Below are positions 32,225 through 45,470 of a stretch of DNA of 64,000 bases, piece after piece. A program made the translations under genes and the position numbers. The notes below the pieces were generated by a model. It was not told where the DNA came from and did not search any database. It was given only the letters and a program-made list of their open reading frames with translations. The stretch is from the human T2T-CHM13v2.0 reference genome, Homo sapiens, in NCBI RefSeq assembly GCF_009914755.1, contig NC_060936.1, one strand, 5' to 3'. Position 1 is the first letter of the stretch, and each line of letters starts with the position of its first letter.

Positions 32225-32393
32225 CGAACCCCAGCACTATTGATGGGTCTTTGTGGGGGCCGTGCAGTGCACTGTGGGATAGTGAGTAGCATCCCTGGCC
32301 TCTGCCCACTGATGCCAGTAGCACTCCTGCCCCAGGTGTGTCCACCAAGATCTCTCCAGGCATTGCCAGCTGTCCTCAGTTGAGAAGTGCTGG
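32225..32393. mobile_element. MER20 hAT DNA transposon fragment
   Basis: gtgcactgtgggat...agcatccctggcctctgcccactgatgccagtagcac...tctccaggcattgcca...gttgagaa. Confidence 0.7.
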
Positions 32394-32629
32394 GTTAGAA
32401 GGTTGACCCGTGAGTTAGGGTCTTAGACCAAGGACCCCTGTCATTCTGAGATGTGTCTGCTGACTTGTTTTCTGGTTTTGAGAGTTCCGTGTTACCAAAG
32501 AATAACAGACCATGATTGGTCGACTGCTTATGCTTTCAGGTGCCTTTTTGTCTGTCTCTTGGTCATCTGTAGGTTATTCCTTTATTTCTATTTTTTAAAA
32601 TTATTTTCATTCATTCATTCATTCATTCA

Positions 32630-34232
<1,603 letters not shown>

Positions 34233-34464
34233 TTATCCCTTGAGCTCATACTATCAAGTATTATTCTAGATGCTCTATGCTGTACTTACTCATTTAATCC
34301 TCACCAGGCTATTGTCTGTGAGGTAGGCTTGAGGTTATCCCGGCTTTTCAGGTATGGAAAATAAGGCAGAGAGGTTTAAGGACTTTCTGAAAGTCACAAG
34401 ACTACCTGGGAGGCAGCATCACTCCTCCAACCCCGAGAGTTGAGATGGGGAACTGCGGTTGCGA

Positions 34465-37400
34465 GAGGCACTGGGGTAGAAGGTGGGAGGCTGGGGTAGA
34501 AGGTGGGAGGCTGGGGTAGAAGGTGGGAGGCTGGGGTAGAAGGTGGGAGGCTGGGGTAAAAGGTGGGAGGCTGGGGTAGAAGGTGGGAGGCTGGGGTAGA
34601 AGGTGGGAGGCTGGGGTAGAAGGTGGGAGGCACTGGGGTAGAAGGCGGGAGGCTGGGGTAGAAGGCGGGAGGCTGGGGTAGAAGGCGGGAGGCTGGGGTA
34701 GAAGGTGGGAGGCACTGGGGTAGAAGGTGGGAGGCTGGGGTAGAAGGTGGGAGTCTGGGGTAGAAGGTGGGAGGCACTGGGGTAGAAGGTGGGAGGCTGG
34801 GGTAGAAGGTGGGAGGCTGGGGTAGAAGGTGGGAGGCACTGGGGTAGAAGGTGGGAGGCTGGGGTAGAAGGTGGGAGGCACTGGGGTAGAAGGTGGGAGG
34901 CTGGGGTAGAAGGTGGGAGGCTGGGGTAGAAGGTGGGAGGCACTGGGGTAGAAGGTGGGAGGCTGGGGTAGAAGGTGGGAGGCACTGGGGTAGAAGGTGG
35001 GAGGCTGGGGTAGAAGGTGGGAGGCACTGGGGTAGAAGGTGGGAGGCTGGGGTAGAAGGTGGGAGGCACTGGGGTAGAAGGTGGGAGGCTGGGGTAGAAG
35101 GTGGGAGGCACTGGGGTAGAAGGTGGGAGGCACTGGGGTAGAAGGTGGGAGGCACTGGGGTAGAAGGTGGGAGGCTGGGGTAGAAGGTGGGAGGCACTGG
35201 GGTAGAAGGTGGGAGGCTGGGGTAGAAGGTGGGAGGCACTGGGGTAGAAGGCGGGAGGCACTGGGGTAGAAGGCGGGAGGCACTGGGGTAGAAGGCGGGA
35301 GGCTGGGGTAGAAGGCGGGAGGCTGGGGTAGAAGGCGGGAGGCACTGGGGTAGAAGGCGGGAGGCTGGGGTAGAAGGCGGGAGGCTGGGGTAGAAGGCGG
35401 GAGGCTGGGGTAGAAGGCGGGAGGCTGGGGTAGAAGGTGGGAGGCACTGGGGTAGAAGGCGGGAGGCACTGGGGTAGAAGGCGGGAGGCACTGGGGTAGA
35501 AGGCGGGAGGCTGGGGTAGAAGGCGGGAGGCACTGGGGTAGAAGGCGGGAGGCACTGGGGTAGAAGGCGGGAGGCACTGGGGTAGAAGGCGGGAGGCACT
35601 GGGGTAGAAGGCGGGAGGCACTGGGGTAGAAGGCGGGAGGCACTGGGGTAGAAGGCGGGAGGCACTGGGGTAGAAGGCGGGAGGCTGGGGTAGAAGGCGG
35701 GAGGCTGGGGTAGAAGGCGGGAGGCTGGGGTAGAAGGCGGGAGGCTGGGGTAGAAGGCGGGAGGCTGGGGTAGAAGGCGGGAGTCTGGGGTAGAAGGCGG
35801 GAGGCACTGGGGTAGAAGGCGGGAGGCTGGGGTAGAAGGTGGGAGGCTGGGGTAGAAGGTGGGAGGCTGGGGTAGAAGGTGGGAGGCACTGGGGTAGAAG
35901 GTGGGAGGCACTGGGGTAGAAGGTGGGAGGCTGGGGTAGAAGGCGGGAGGCACTGGGGTAGAAGGCGGGAGGCTGGGGTAGAAGGCGGGAGGCTGGGGTA
36001 GAAGGTGGGAGGCTGGGGTAGAAGGTGGGAGGCACTGGGGTAGAAGGTGGGAGGCACTGGGGTAGAAGGTGGGAGGCTGGGGTAGAAGGTGGGAGGCACT
36101 GGGGTAGAAGGCGGGAGTCTGGGGTAGAAGGTGGGAGGCTGGGGTAGAAGGCGGGAGGCTGGGGTAGAAGGCGGGAGGCTGGGGTAGAAGGCGGGAGGCA
36201 CTGGGGTAGAAGGCGGGAGGCTGGGGTAGAAGGTGGGAGGCTGGGGTAGAAGGCGGGAGGCACTGGGGTAGAAGGCGGGAGGCTGGGGTAGAAGGCGGGA
36301 GGCTGGGGTAGAAGGCGGGAGGCACTGGGGTAGAAGGCGGGAGGCTGGGGTAGAAGGCGGGAGGCTGGGGTAGAAGGCGGGAGGCTGGGGTAGAAGGTGG
36401 GAGGCACTGGGGTAGAAGGTGGGAGGCACTGGGGTAGAAGGCGGGAGGCTGGGGTAGAAGGCGGGAGGCTGGGGTAGAAGGCGGGAGGCTGGGGTAGAAG
36501 GCGGGAGGCTGGGGTAGAAGGCGGGAGGCTGGGGTAGAAGGCGGGAGGCTGGGGTAGAAGGCGGGAGGCACTGGGGTAGAAGGCGGGAGGCTGGGGTAGA
36601 AGGCGGGAGGCACTGGGGTAGAAGGCGGGAGGCACTGGGGTAGAAGGCGGGAGGCTGGGGTAGAAGGCGGGAGGCTGGGGTAGAAGGCGGGAGGCTGGGG
36701 TAGAAGGCGGGAGGCTGGGGTAGAAGGCGGGAGGCACTGGGGTAGAAGGCGGGAGGCACTGGGGTAGAAGGCGGGAGGCACTGGGGTAGAAGGCGGGAGG
36801 CTGGGGTAGAAGGCGGGAGGCTGGGGTAGAAGGCGGGAGGCTGGGGTAGAAGGCGGGAGGCTGGGGTAGAAGGCGGGAGGCTGGGGTAGAAGGCGGGAGG
36901 CACTGGGGTAGAAGGCGGGAGGCTGGGGTAGAAGGCGGGAGGCTGGGGTAGAAGGCGGGAGGCTGGGGTAGAAGGCGGGAGGCTGGGGTAGAAGGCGGGA
37001 GGCTGGGGTAGAAGGCGGGAGGCTGGGGTAGAAGGCGGGAGGCTGGGGTAGAAGGCGGGAGGCTGGGGTAGAAGGCGGGAGGCTGGGGTAGAAGGCGGGA
37101 GGCTGGGGTAGAAGGCGGGAGGCTGGGGTAGAAGGCGGGAGGCACTGGGGTAGAAGGCGGGAGGCTGGGGTAGAAGGCGGGAGGCTGGGGTAGAAGGCGG
37201 GAGGCTGGGGTAGAAGGCGGGAGGCTGGGGTAGAAGGCGGGAGGCTGGGGTAGAAGGCGGGAGGCACTGGGGTAGAAGGCGGGAGGCTGGGGTAGAAGGC
37301 GGGAGGCTGGGGTAGAAGGCGGGAGGCTGGGGTAGAAGGTGGGAGGCACTGGGGTAGAAGGTGGGAGGCACTGGGGTAGAAGGCGGGAGGCACTGGGGTA

Positions 37401-38906
37401 GAAGGCGGGAGGCTGGGGTAGAAGGCGGGAGGCTGGGGTAGAAGGCGGGAGGCTGGGGTAGAAGGCGGGAGGCTGGGGTAGAAGGCGGGAGGCACTGGGG
37501 TAGAAGGCGGGAGGCTGGGGTAGAAGGCGGGAGGCTGGGGTAGAAGGCGGGAGGCACTGGGGTAGAAGGCGGGAGGCTGGGGTAGAAGGCGGGAGGCTGG
37601 GGTAGAAGGCGGGAGGCACTGGGGTAGAAGGTGGGAGTCTGGGGTAGAAGGCGGGAGTCTGGGGTAGAAGGCGGGAGGCTGGGGTAGAAGGCGGGAGGCT
37701 GGGGTAGAAGGCGGGAGGCTGGGGTAGAAGGCGGGAGGCTGGGGTAGAAGGCGGGAGGCTGGGGTAGAAGGCGGGAGGCTGGGGTAGAAGGCGGGAGGCT
37801 GGGGTAGAAGGCGGGAGGCTGGGGTAGAAGGCGGGAGGCTGGGGTAGAAGGCGGGAGGCTGGGGTAGAAGGCGGGAGGCACTGGGGTAGAAGGCGGGAGG
37901 CTGGGGTAGAAGGCGGGAGGCTGGGGTAGAAGGCGGGAGGCTGGGGTAGAAGGCGGGAGGCTGGGGTAGAAGGCGGGAGGCACTGGGGTAGAAGGCGGGA
38001 GGCACTGGGGTAGAAGGCGGGAGGCTGGGGTAGAAGGCGGGAGGCTGGGGTAGAAGGCGGGAGGCTGGGGTAGAAGGCGGGAGGCTGGGGTAGAAGGCGG
38101 GAGGCTGGGGTAGAAGGTGGGAGGCTGGGGTAGAAGGCGGGAGGCTGGGGTAGAAGGTGGGAGGCACTGGGGTAGAAGGCGGGAGGCTGGGGTAGAAGGC
38201 GGGAGGCTGGGGTAGAAGGTGGGAGGCACTGGGGTAGAAGGCGGGAGGCACTGGGGTAGAAGGTGGGAGGCACTGGGGTAGAAGGTGGGAGGCTGGGGTA
38301 GAAGGTGGGAGGCACTGGGGTAGAAGGTGGGAGGCTGGGGTAGAAGGTGGGAGGCACTGGGGTAGAAGGTGGGAGGCTGGGGTAGAAGGTGGGAGGCTGG
38401 GGTAGAAGGTGGGAGGCACTGGGGTAGAAGGTGGGAGGCTGGGGTAGAAGGTGGGAGGCTGGGGTAGAAGGTGGGAGACACTGAAGTAGAAGGTGGGAGG
38501 CACTGGGGTAGAAGGTGGGAGGCTGGGGTAGAAGGTGGGAGGCACTGGGGTAGAAGGTGGGAGGCTGGGGTAGAAGGTGGGAGGCACTGGGGTAGAAGGT
38601 GGGAGGCTGGGGTAGAAGGTGGGAGGCTGGGGTAGAAGGTGGGAGACACTGAAGTAGAAGGTGGGAGGCACTGGGGTAGAAGGTGGGAGGCTGGGGTAGA
38701 AGGTGGGAGGCACTGGGGTAGAAGGTGGGAGGCACTGGGGTAGAAGGTGGGAGGCTGGGGTAGAAGGTGGGAGGCACTGGGGTAGAAGGTGGGAGGCTGG
38801 GGTAGAAGGTGGGAGGCACTGGGGTAGAAGGTGGGAGGCTGGGGTAGAAGGTGGGAGGCTGGGGTAGAAGGTAGGAGGCACTGGGGTAGAAGGTGGGAGG
38901 CTGGGG
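34465..38906. repeat. Large G-rich VNTR, unit CTGGGGTAGAAGG(C/T)GGGAGG (20 bp) with a 22-bp +CA variant, about 215 units
   Basis: Directly visible near-perfect tandem array in intron 2; copy number estimated from length divided by unit size. Confidence 0.99.
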
Positions 38907-38976
38907 CCCGGGGAGTCCATAGCCCTCCTCCCTCTGAGTGACGCCCCTTCCCCTGTGCCTGCATCTCTGTCCGCAG

Positions 38977-39093
38977 GTGCAAACGCCATGCCAGTCGGGA
39001 GGAGGCGGAGCTCGTTCAGCAGATGGCAGCGAACATCAAGGAGCGGCAGGACGTCTTCTTCGACATGGAGGCCTACCTGCCCAAGAAGAACGG
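38977..39093 (+). CDS. TMEM120B: TMEM120B exon 3 (CKRHASREEAELVQQMAANIKERQDVFFDMEAYLPKKNG)
   Basis: Acceptor ctctgtccgcag|G, donor GG|GTAGGA; 117 nt, phase 2-2. Confidence 0.96.
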
Positions 39094-41030
39094 GTAGGAG
39101 CTGGCAACCTCCCCACCCCTAGCACAGGCCCATGCCCAGGCCTAGCACAGCTGGTCCATATAACTCTCGCCTTCCTGCTGGTGCTCAGATTGAAGGGGAA
39201 AGAGGGAAACAAGGGCAGGAGAGATAAGGAGCCTTCCTTACACATTCCTCCATGAGCCCAGGAGGGGACCTTAGCCACACCGTGTGACAGCAGCATTCCT
39301 GGGAGGTCCGTTGCAAGGAACCAGCACTCACTGCATGCCTGCTGACACCTGGGGTTAAGAGGGAAACTGTCCTCTCCCAGGAGAACAAACATGCATTGCG
39401 TGCCTCCTGCACGCTCAGAGCTGTGCCGGGACCTCCTGTGATGTCACCTGGTTTATCCTCAACAATCTGTGCGTCAGACCAAGAGATGCCCATTTTTACA
39501 AGATTCAGAGACATCAGCGAATGTTTGGCCACACCAGGATGTGAACAGCAGACATTCTGACTCCAAAGCCCACGTTCTTTGTATTTTCCCCCTTCAGAGA
39601 AGTCCCCGTTCCCTCCCTTAAGTGATGTCATTGCCACCTTGTTCTGGAGAGAGAGAGCTGCTTACAGCCTCATATCATCATGACCTGACTTAACGCTGCT
39701 GAGCACAGTCAGTTCACCCTGACCCTGTTTTCCGGATCAGCCTCGCGCTGAGTCAGAGCCGTGCATTAGGAGGAGGGGCTCCTTTCAGGCCTGTAGCGGG
39801 TGGGAGGGAGCTGGCTAGCCCTGTTATATTTTAACCCATTCCTCCGAGCTTCTCCTTTTTGACTGTGTTCGAATAGACCCCATGAGTTAAGTGATGATCA
39901 TTTTCTGCAGAATGAGCAGCAGCCTAGCATTCGTGACCCTCTTACAGTGTCATGCGTGTCTGCCTTCCTGCCCCTCTGTCCCTAGGCCTCTGTGCCTCTT
40001 AACCTCAGTTGGGAATCTTTGGATTGCAAACGATAGAAAACCCAACTCAAGGCCGGGCGCGGTGGCTTGTGCCTGTCATCCCAGCACTTCGGGAGGCCGA
40101 GGTGGGAGGATCACTTGAGCCCAGGAATTCAAGACCAGCCTGGACAACATTGTGAGACCACATCTCTACAAAACTTTAACAAAATTGGTGTGCTGGTGTG
40201 TACCCATAATCCCAGCTACTTTGGCGACTGAGGTGGGAGGACTACTTGAGCCTAGAGGTTCAAGACTGCAGTGACGCTGGGCACAGTGGCTCATGCCTGT
40301 AATCCCAGCACTTTGGGAGACGGAGGCAGGTGGATCACTTAAGGTTAGGAGTTCAAGACCAGCCTGGCCAACATGGTGAAACCCCTAAACCTACTAAAAA
40401 TACAAAAATTAGCTGGCCTGGTGGCACGTGCCTGTAATCCCAGCTACTTGGGAGGCTGAGGCAGCAGAATTGCTTGAACCCAGGAGGTGGAGGTTATAGC
40501 GAGTCCTGATCGTGCCACTGCAGTCCAGTCTGGGTGACAGACCGAGACTCTGTCTCAAAAAAAAAAAAAAACAAAAAACACTGCAGTGAGCTATGATCAT
40601 ACCATTGCACTCTAGCCTGGGCAACAGAGTGAGACCCTGTCTCTAAAAATAATAACAATGATAATAATAATAATAATGAAAAATAAAGAAAATTCTTTAA
40701 AAATTGACCTAGAGGTTGTACCTTTGCCTCCACCTCATTGGCTATGCTTAGTCACCTGCTCACATCTGGCTGCAAGGCAGGCTTAGAAATACGGTCTCTA
40801 GGGTAGCATGGAGGAGAAATCGACTCCTCACACTGTCCTGTCACAGGTTAATGTCCTTTGGTTAGTTGTCATTCTCACTCGATGTGGGGGCCCATTTGCC
40901 CGCTGAGCTTAGGCCCCCTATCTTCTAACATCAGTGCTTGGGATGTGCTCATTAAGTGTGTTGAGTTTGAATGTTGTTGATTCGCACCCACCTGCTAAGG
41001 ATCATGCCCCTCACAGGTGTTTCCTTCCAG

Positions 41031-41090
41031 GCTCTACTTGAACCTGGTCCTCGGCAATGTGAACGTGACCCTCCTCAGCAACCAGGCCAA
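41031..41090 (+). CDS. TMEM120B: TMEM120B exon 4 (LYLNLVLGNVNVTLLSNQAK)
   Basis: Acceptor tttccttccag|G, donor AA|GTAAGT; 60 nt, phase 2-2. Confidence 0.96.
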
Positions 41091-41097
41091 GTAAGTG

Positions 41098-42101
41098 TCC
41101 CCCACCCACCACCCAGACCCACACCTCACACCGCCCCCACACCCACACCCACACCCCAAACCCCACACTGAGAACCCACACCCCACATCCACACCCACAC
41201 CAACACCCCACACCTCAAACCCACACCCACACTCCACACCAACACCCCACCCACACCAACACCAACACCAACACCACACCCACACCCCACACTGCGAACC
41301 CACACCCACACCCACACCCACACCCCACACCACACACTCAAAACCCACACCCCATGCCAACACCCCACCCACACCCTACACCCACACCCCATACTCACAC
41401 CCCACACTCCACACTCACACTCCACACCTTACAGCCACACCTACACCCCACACCCCATACACAACACCCCACACCAACACCACACACCACACTCCACACC
41501 CCATACCCACACCCCACACCCACACCACACACCACACCCCACATCCCACACCCACACCCCACACCCCACACCCACACCTCACCCCACACCCCACACTAAC
41601 ACCCCACACCCACACCACACACCCCACACCCACACCCCACACCCCACACCCCACACCCCATATTCACACCCCACACCCAACACCCACACCCCAAACTGAC
41701 ACCCACTCTCTACACCCATATCACACTCCACACTCACACCCCACACCTACACCCCACACCCACACCCCAAACCCAAACCCACACCCCACACCTTACACCC
41801 ATACCTATACCCCAAACCCACACCCCACACCTAACACCCCATACCCCACACCCACACCTATACTCACACCCCACACCCAACACCCCACACCCCCATTCAC
41901 ACCCCACACCTAATACCCAACACCCCACACCCCACACCGACACCTATACCCACACCCCACACCCACACCCCATACCCCACACCCACACCACACACCCCAC
42001 ACCCACACCCCACCCCACACCCACACCCCACCCCACACCCCATATTCACATCCCACCCCACTCTCACCCCACACCCTATCCTACACCCCAACCCACACCC
42101 C
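41098..42101. repeat. Degenerate C/A-rich simple repeat (CCCCACA/CCCACA)n, about 1 kb
   Basis: Almost G-free tract starting a few nt after the exon 4 donor. Confidence 0.97.
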
Positions 42102-42785
42102 GTCTCACGCTTTTCACCTGGCTCAGAGGCCTCCGGCATTCTGTTCCTTCAGCTCAGGGAAGTTGCATCTAAGCTAGAATTTTTGCATAAATAAAAACCT
42201 GGTCACAGGTGAGGCGCTGGCTTTTGGAGTTTCTGACACTCTCCTCCTCTGTAGGTAGAGCACCTGGGAGAGGGTTGGTTCCTTGGTTCCTTCCCTTCCT
42301 TCCCTCCCTCCCCTCCCTCCCCTCCCTCCCTTCCTCCAAGTCAGTATGTTGGGTGGACAGGACTTCCCATTTCGCACAAGAAATGGCCCTGCTCTGTTTC
42401 ACGCCCTATCACACACATAGGGAGATGGGCAGTCCAGTCTACTCTGAGTCTACCCCATTTCCAGACAGCCGCAAACCCTGGCCTTTCAGCAGCAGCAGTT
42501 GGTTGAGGGAAGAGGCCCTGTCTCTGCCCCCTGCCTGTCCCCAGCATGGGCCCAGAGCCCCAGACCAGAGTCCAGGGACATGGGCCTTCTGCATACTTGG
42601 CCCTCTTCCCCTCATTGGTCACCACTAACCCGTCAAGGCCAGGTCTTTCCTTTAGTGGAATGGGAAGGTCCTTATGGGCCATGGCAGTGGCTGAAGGACA
42701 AGGGTCTGATGGGGCTGAGGGCCATGCCCAGGTGCTGGAATAGTCATGGTAAGGGGCACACCCCTGGGCGTGTCTGTCGTGGCAG

Positions 42786-42881
42786 GTTCGCCTACAAGGA
42801 CGAATATGAGAAGTTCAAGCTCTACCTGACCATCATCCTGCTCCTGGGTGCCGTGGCATGTCGATTTGTCCTTCACTACAG
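42786..42881 (+). CDS. TMEM120B: TMEM120B exon 5 ([32 protein letters not shown])
   Basis: Acceptor gtcgtggcag|G, donor AG|GTAGTG; 96 nt; first hydrophobic TM segment. Confidence 0.96.
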
Positions 42882-43414
42882 GTAGTGGGTGTGGCCGTGT
42901 GTGCCTGGGCCTGGGCATGCAGACGTCAGGTGGGGGCCGGGAGAGAGGGATCCAGGGGACCCGGAGCCTCTCCTGCTTCTGTGTTGTTTGGCATGATGAG
43001 GTGTAGGGGAGAGAGGGGCCATTTCTCATGGGAAATGCCAGTCCTGTCTGCCCCACCTCCATCCAACAAGTATCTGTTAAACGGCTGCTGGAAAGGCCTT
43101 GTACTGTACTAGTTAAGAAGGAGTTCATTACCTGGCACGGTGGCTCACGCCTGTAATCCCAGTACTTTGGGAGGCCGAGGCAGGCAGATCATTTGAGGTC
43201 AGGAGTTCAAGACCAGCCTGGCCAACATGGTGAAACCCTGTCTCTACTAAAAATGCAAAAATTAGCCAGGCATGGTGGAGTATGTCTTTAGTCCCAGCTA
43301 CTCGGAAGGGTGAGACAGGAGAATCGCTTGAACCCAGGAGGCAGAGGTTGCAGTGAGTTGAGATCGCTGCACTCCAGCCTGGGTGACAGAGTCTTGCTCT
43401 GTCACCCCAAAAAA

Positions 43415-44370
<956 letters not shown>

Positions 44371-45054
44371 AAAAAGAGAAAAAGAGAAAAGAAAATGGTT
44401 TTGAGACCAACTGGCTGTTACTATGGGCAGGTTCCCTCTGGGAGCCTCAGTCTCCCCATCTGTAAAACAAGGGTGACGGCAGTCCCTGCCTCACAGGGCT
44501 GTGACAATTCAGGGAGCTGGCACCGTGTGTGGAAGCTCCACCCTGGCTGGCACGTGGAGGCGCTGCTGGGGGTGCTCCCCAGCTGCTGGTACCGTCCAAG
44601 TGCAGCACAGCCATGCCGTGAGGCTGTGGGCTGCTGCTGCCCTGCCTGGGCTGCTGTTCCTTTCTCTGGCCCTGGGTTCTCTGTCCCCAGGGGAAGCGGT
44701 CAAGTACGGTTTGGGCATTTGGCCTATGTGCCAAGCGTTTATTGCCTGGCAGGCACTTGGCTGGGCATCCGGCTGCTGGTCTGGCCACTTGAATGCCCAA
44801 ACAAAGGCTCTTTCAGGCCCTGGGCCCGTGCTCGCCTGCTGCCCAGAGCCTGGCCTGTTTCCACGAGGGCAAAGGCTGCACACATCTGTACTACTCCTCA
44901 TGTGCCTCCCTCAAAGAGGGTAAAAGTTGTCAATGTGCAGCCACAGTCCCTTGCACAGGGACCTCCAGGGCCCTCCGAAGGCAAACCCTTGCTGTCCTGA
45001 GGCCCAAGGTTCCCCGAGGGCCTGGGCGTCTCTTTTTCTCCTACCTGCTTCTGT

Positions 45055-45470
45055 GTTCATCTCCTAGGGCCACTGTAACTAAGTACCATAGACTGGGGGC
45101 TTAAAACGACAGACACATTTTCCCACAGTTCTGGAAGCCGGCGGTCTGAAAGCAGGGCGTGGCAGGGCCATGCCGCTCCACAGGCTTCGGGGAGGGAGGA
45201 CCCTTCCTCGCCTCTCCAGCTTCTGGGAATTGCCAGCAAGCCCGTATTGCCTGGCTTAAAGCTGTGTTTCACTCGCCTCTGTCTCTGTCACCACGCCACA
45301 CGGCCTCCTTCCCTAGTGTAAGGACACTAGACACTGGATTTAGAGCCCACCCTAACACAGTATGACCTCATTTGAACTAATTCCATCTACAAAGACCCTG
45401 TTTCCAAATAAGGTCACATTCTGAGGTCCCAGTGGACGTGAATTTTGGAAGGATGCTATTCAACCCAGTA
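45055..45470. mobile_element. MLT1-type MaLR LTR
   Basis: gccactgtaactaagtaccatagactgggggcttaaaac...ggatttagagcccaccctaa...aagaccctgtttccaaataaggtcacattctgagg. Confidence 0.75.

Noticed and set aside
34465-38906. PRDM9-A 13-mer CCNCCNTNNCCNC in the VNTR unit
   Set aside because: The closest alignment is off by one base in spacing; no exact match found by inspection.
34394-38989. Calling the ~1500-aa minus-strand Pro-rich ORFs a mucin- or extensin-like gene
   Set aside because: All three frames are open because the repeat unit lacks stops, and the 20/22-bp units do not preserve frame. Kept only as a hypothesis under findings.
41011-41030. Alternative acceptor tcacag 14 nt upstream of exon 4
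   Set aside because: It would shift the frame, and the downstream site has the better pyrimidine tract and restores the expected protein.
41095-41913. 272-aa Pro/His/Thr-rich ORF
   Set aside because: Product of a C/A low-complexity tract; it starts at a non-ATG codon in the splice donor region.
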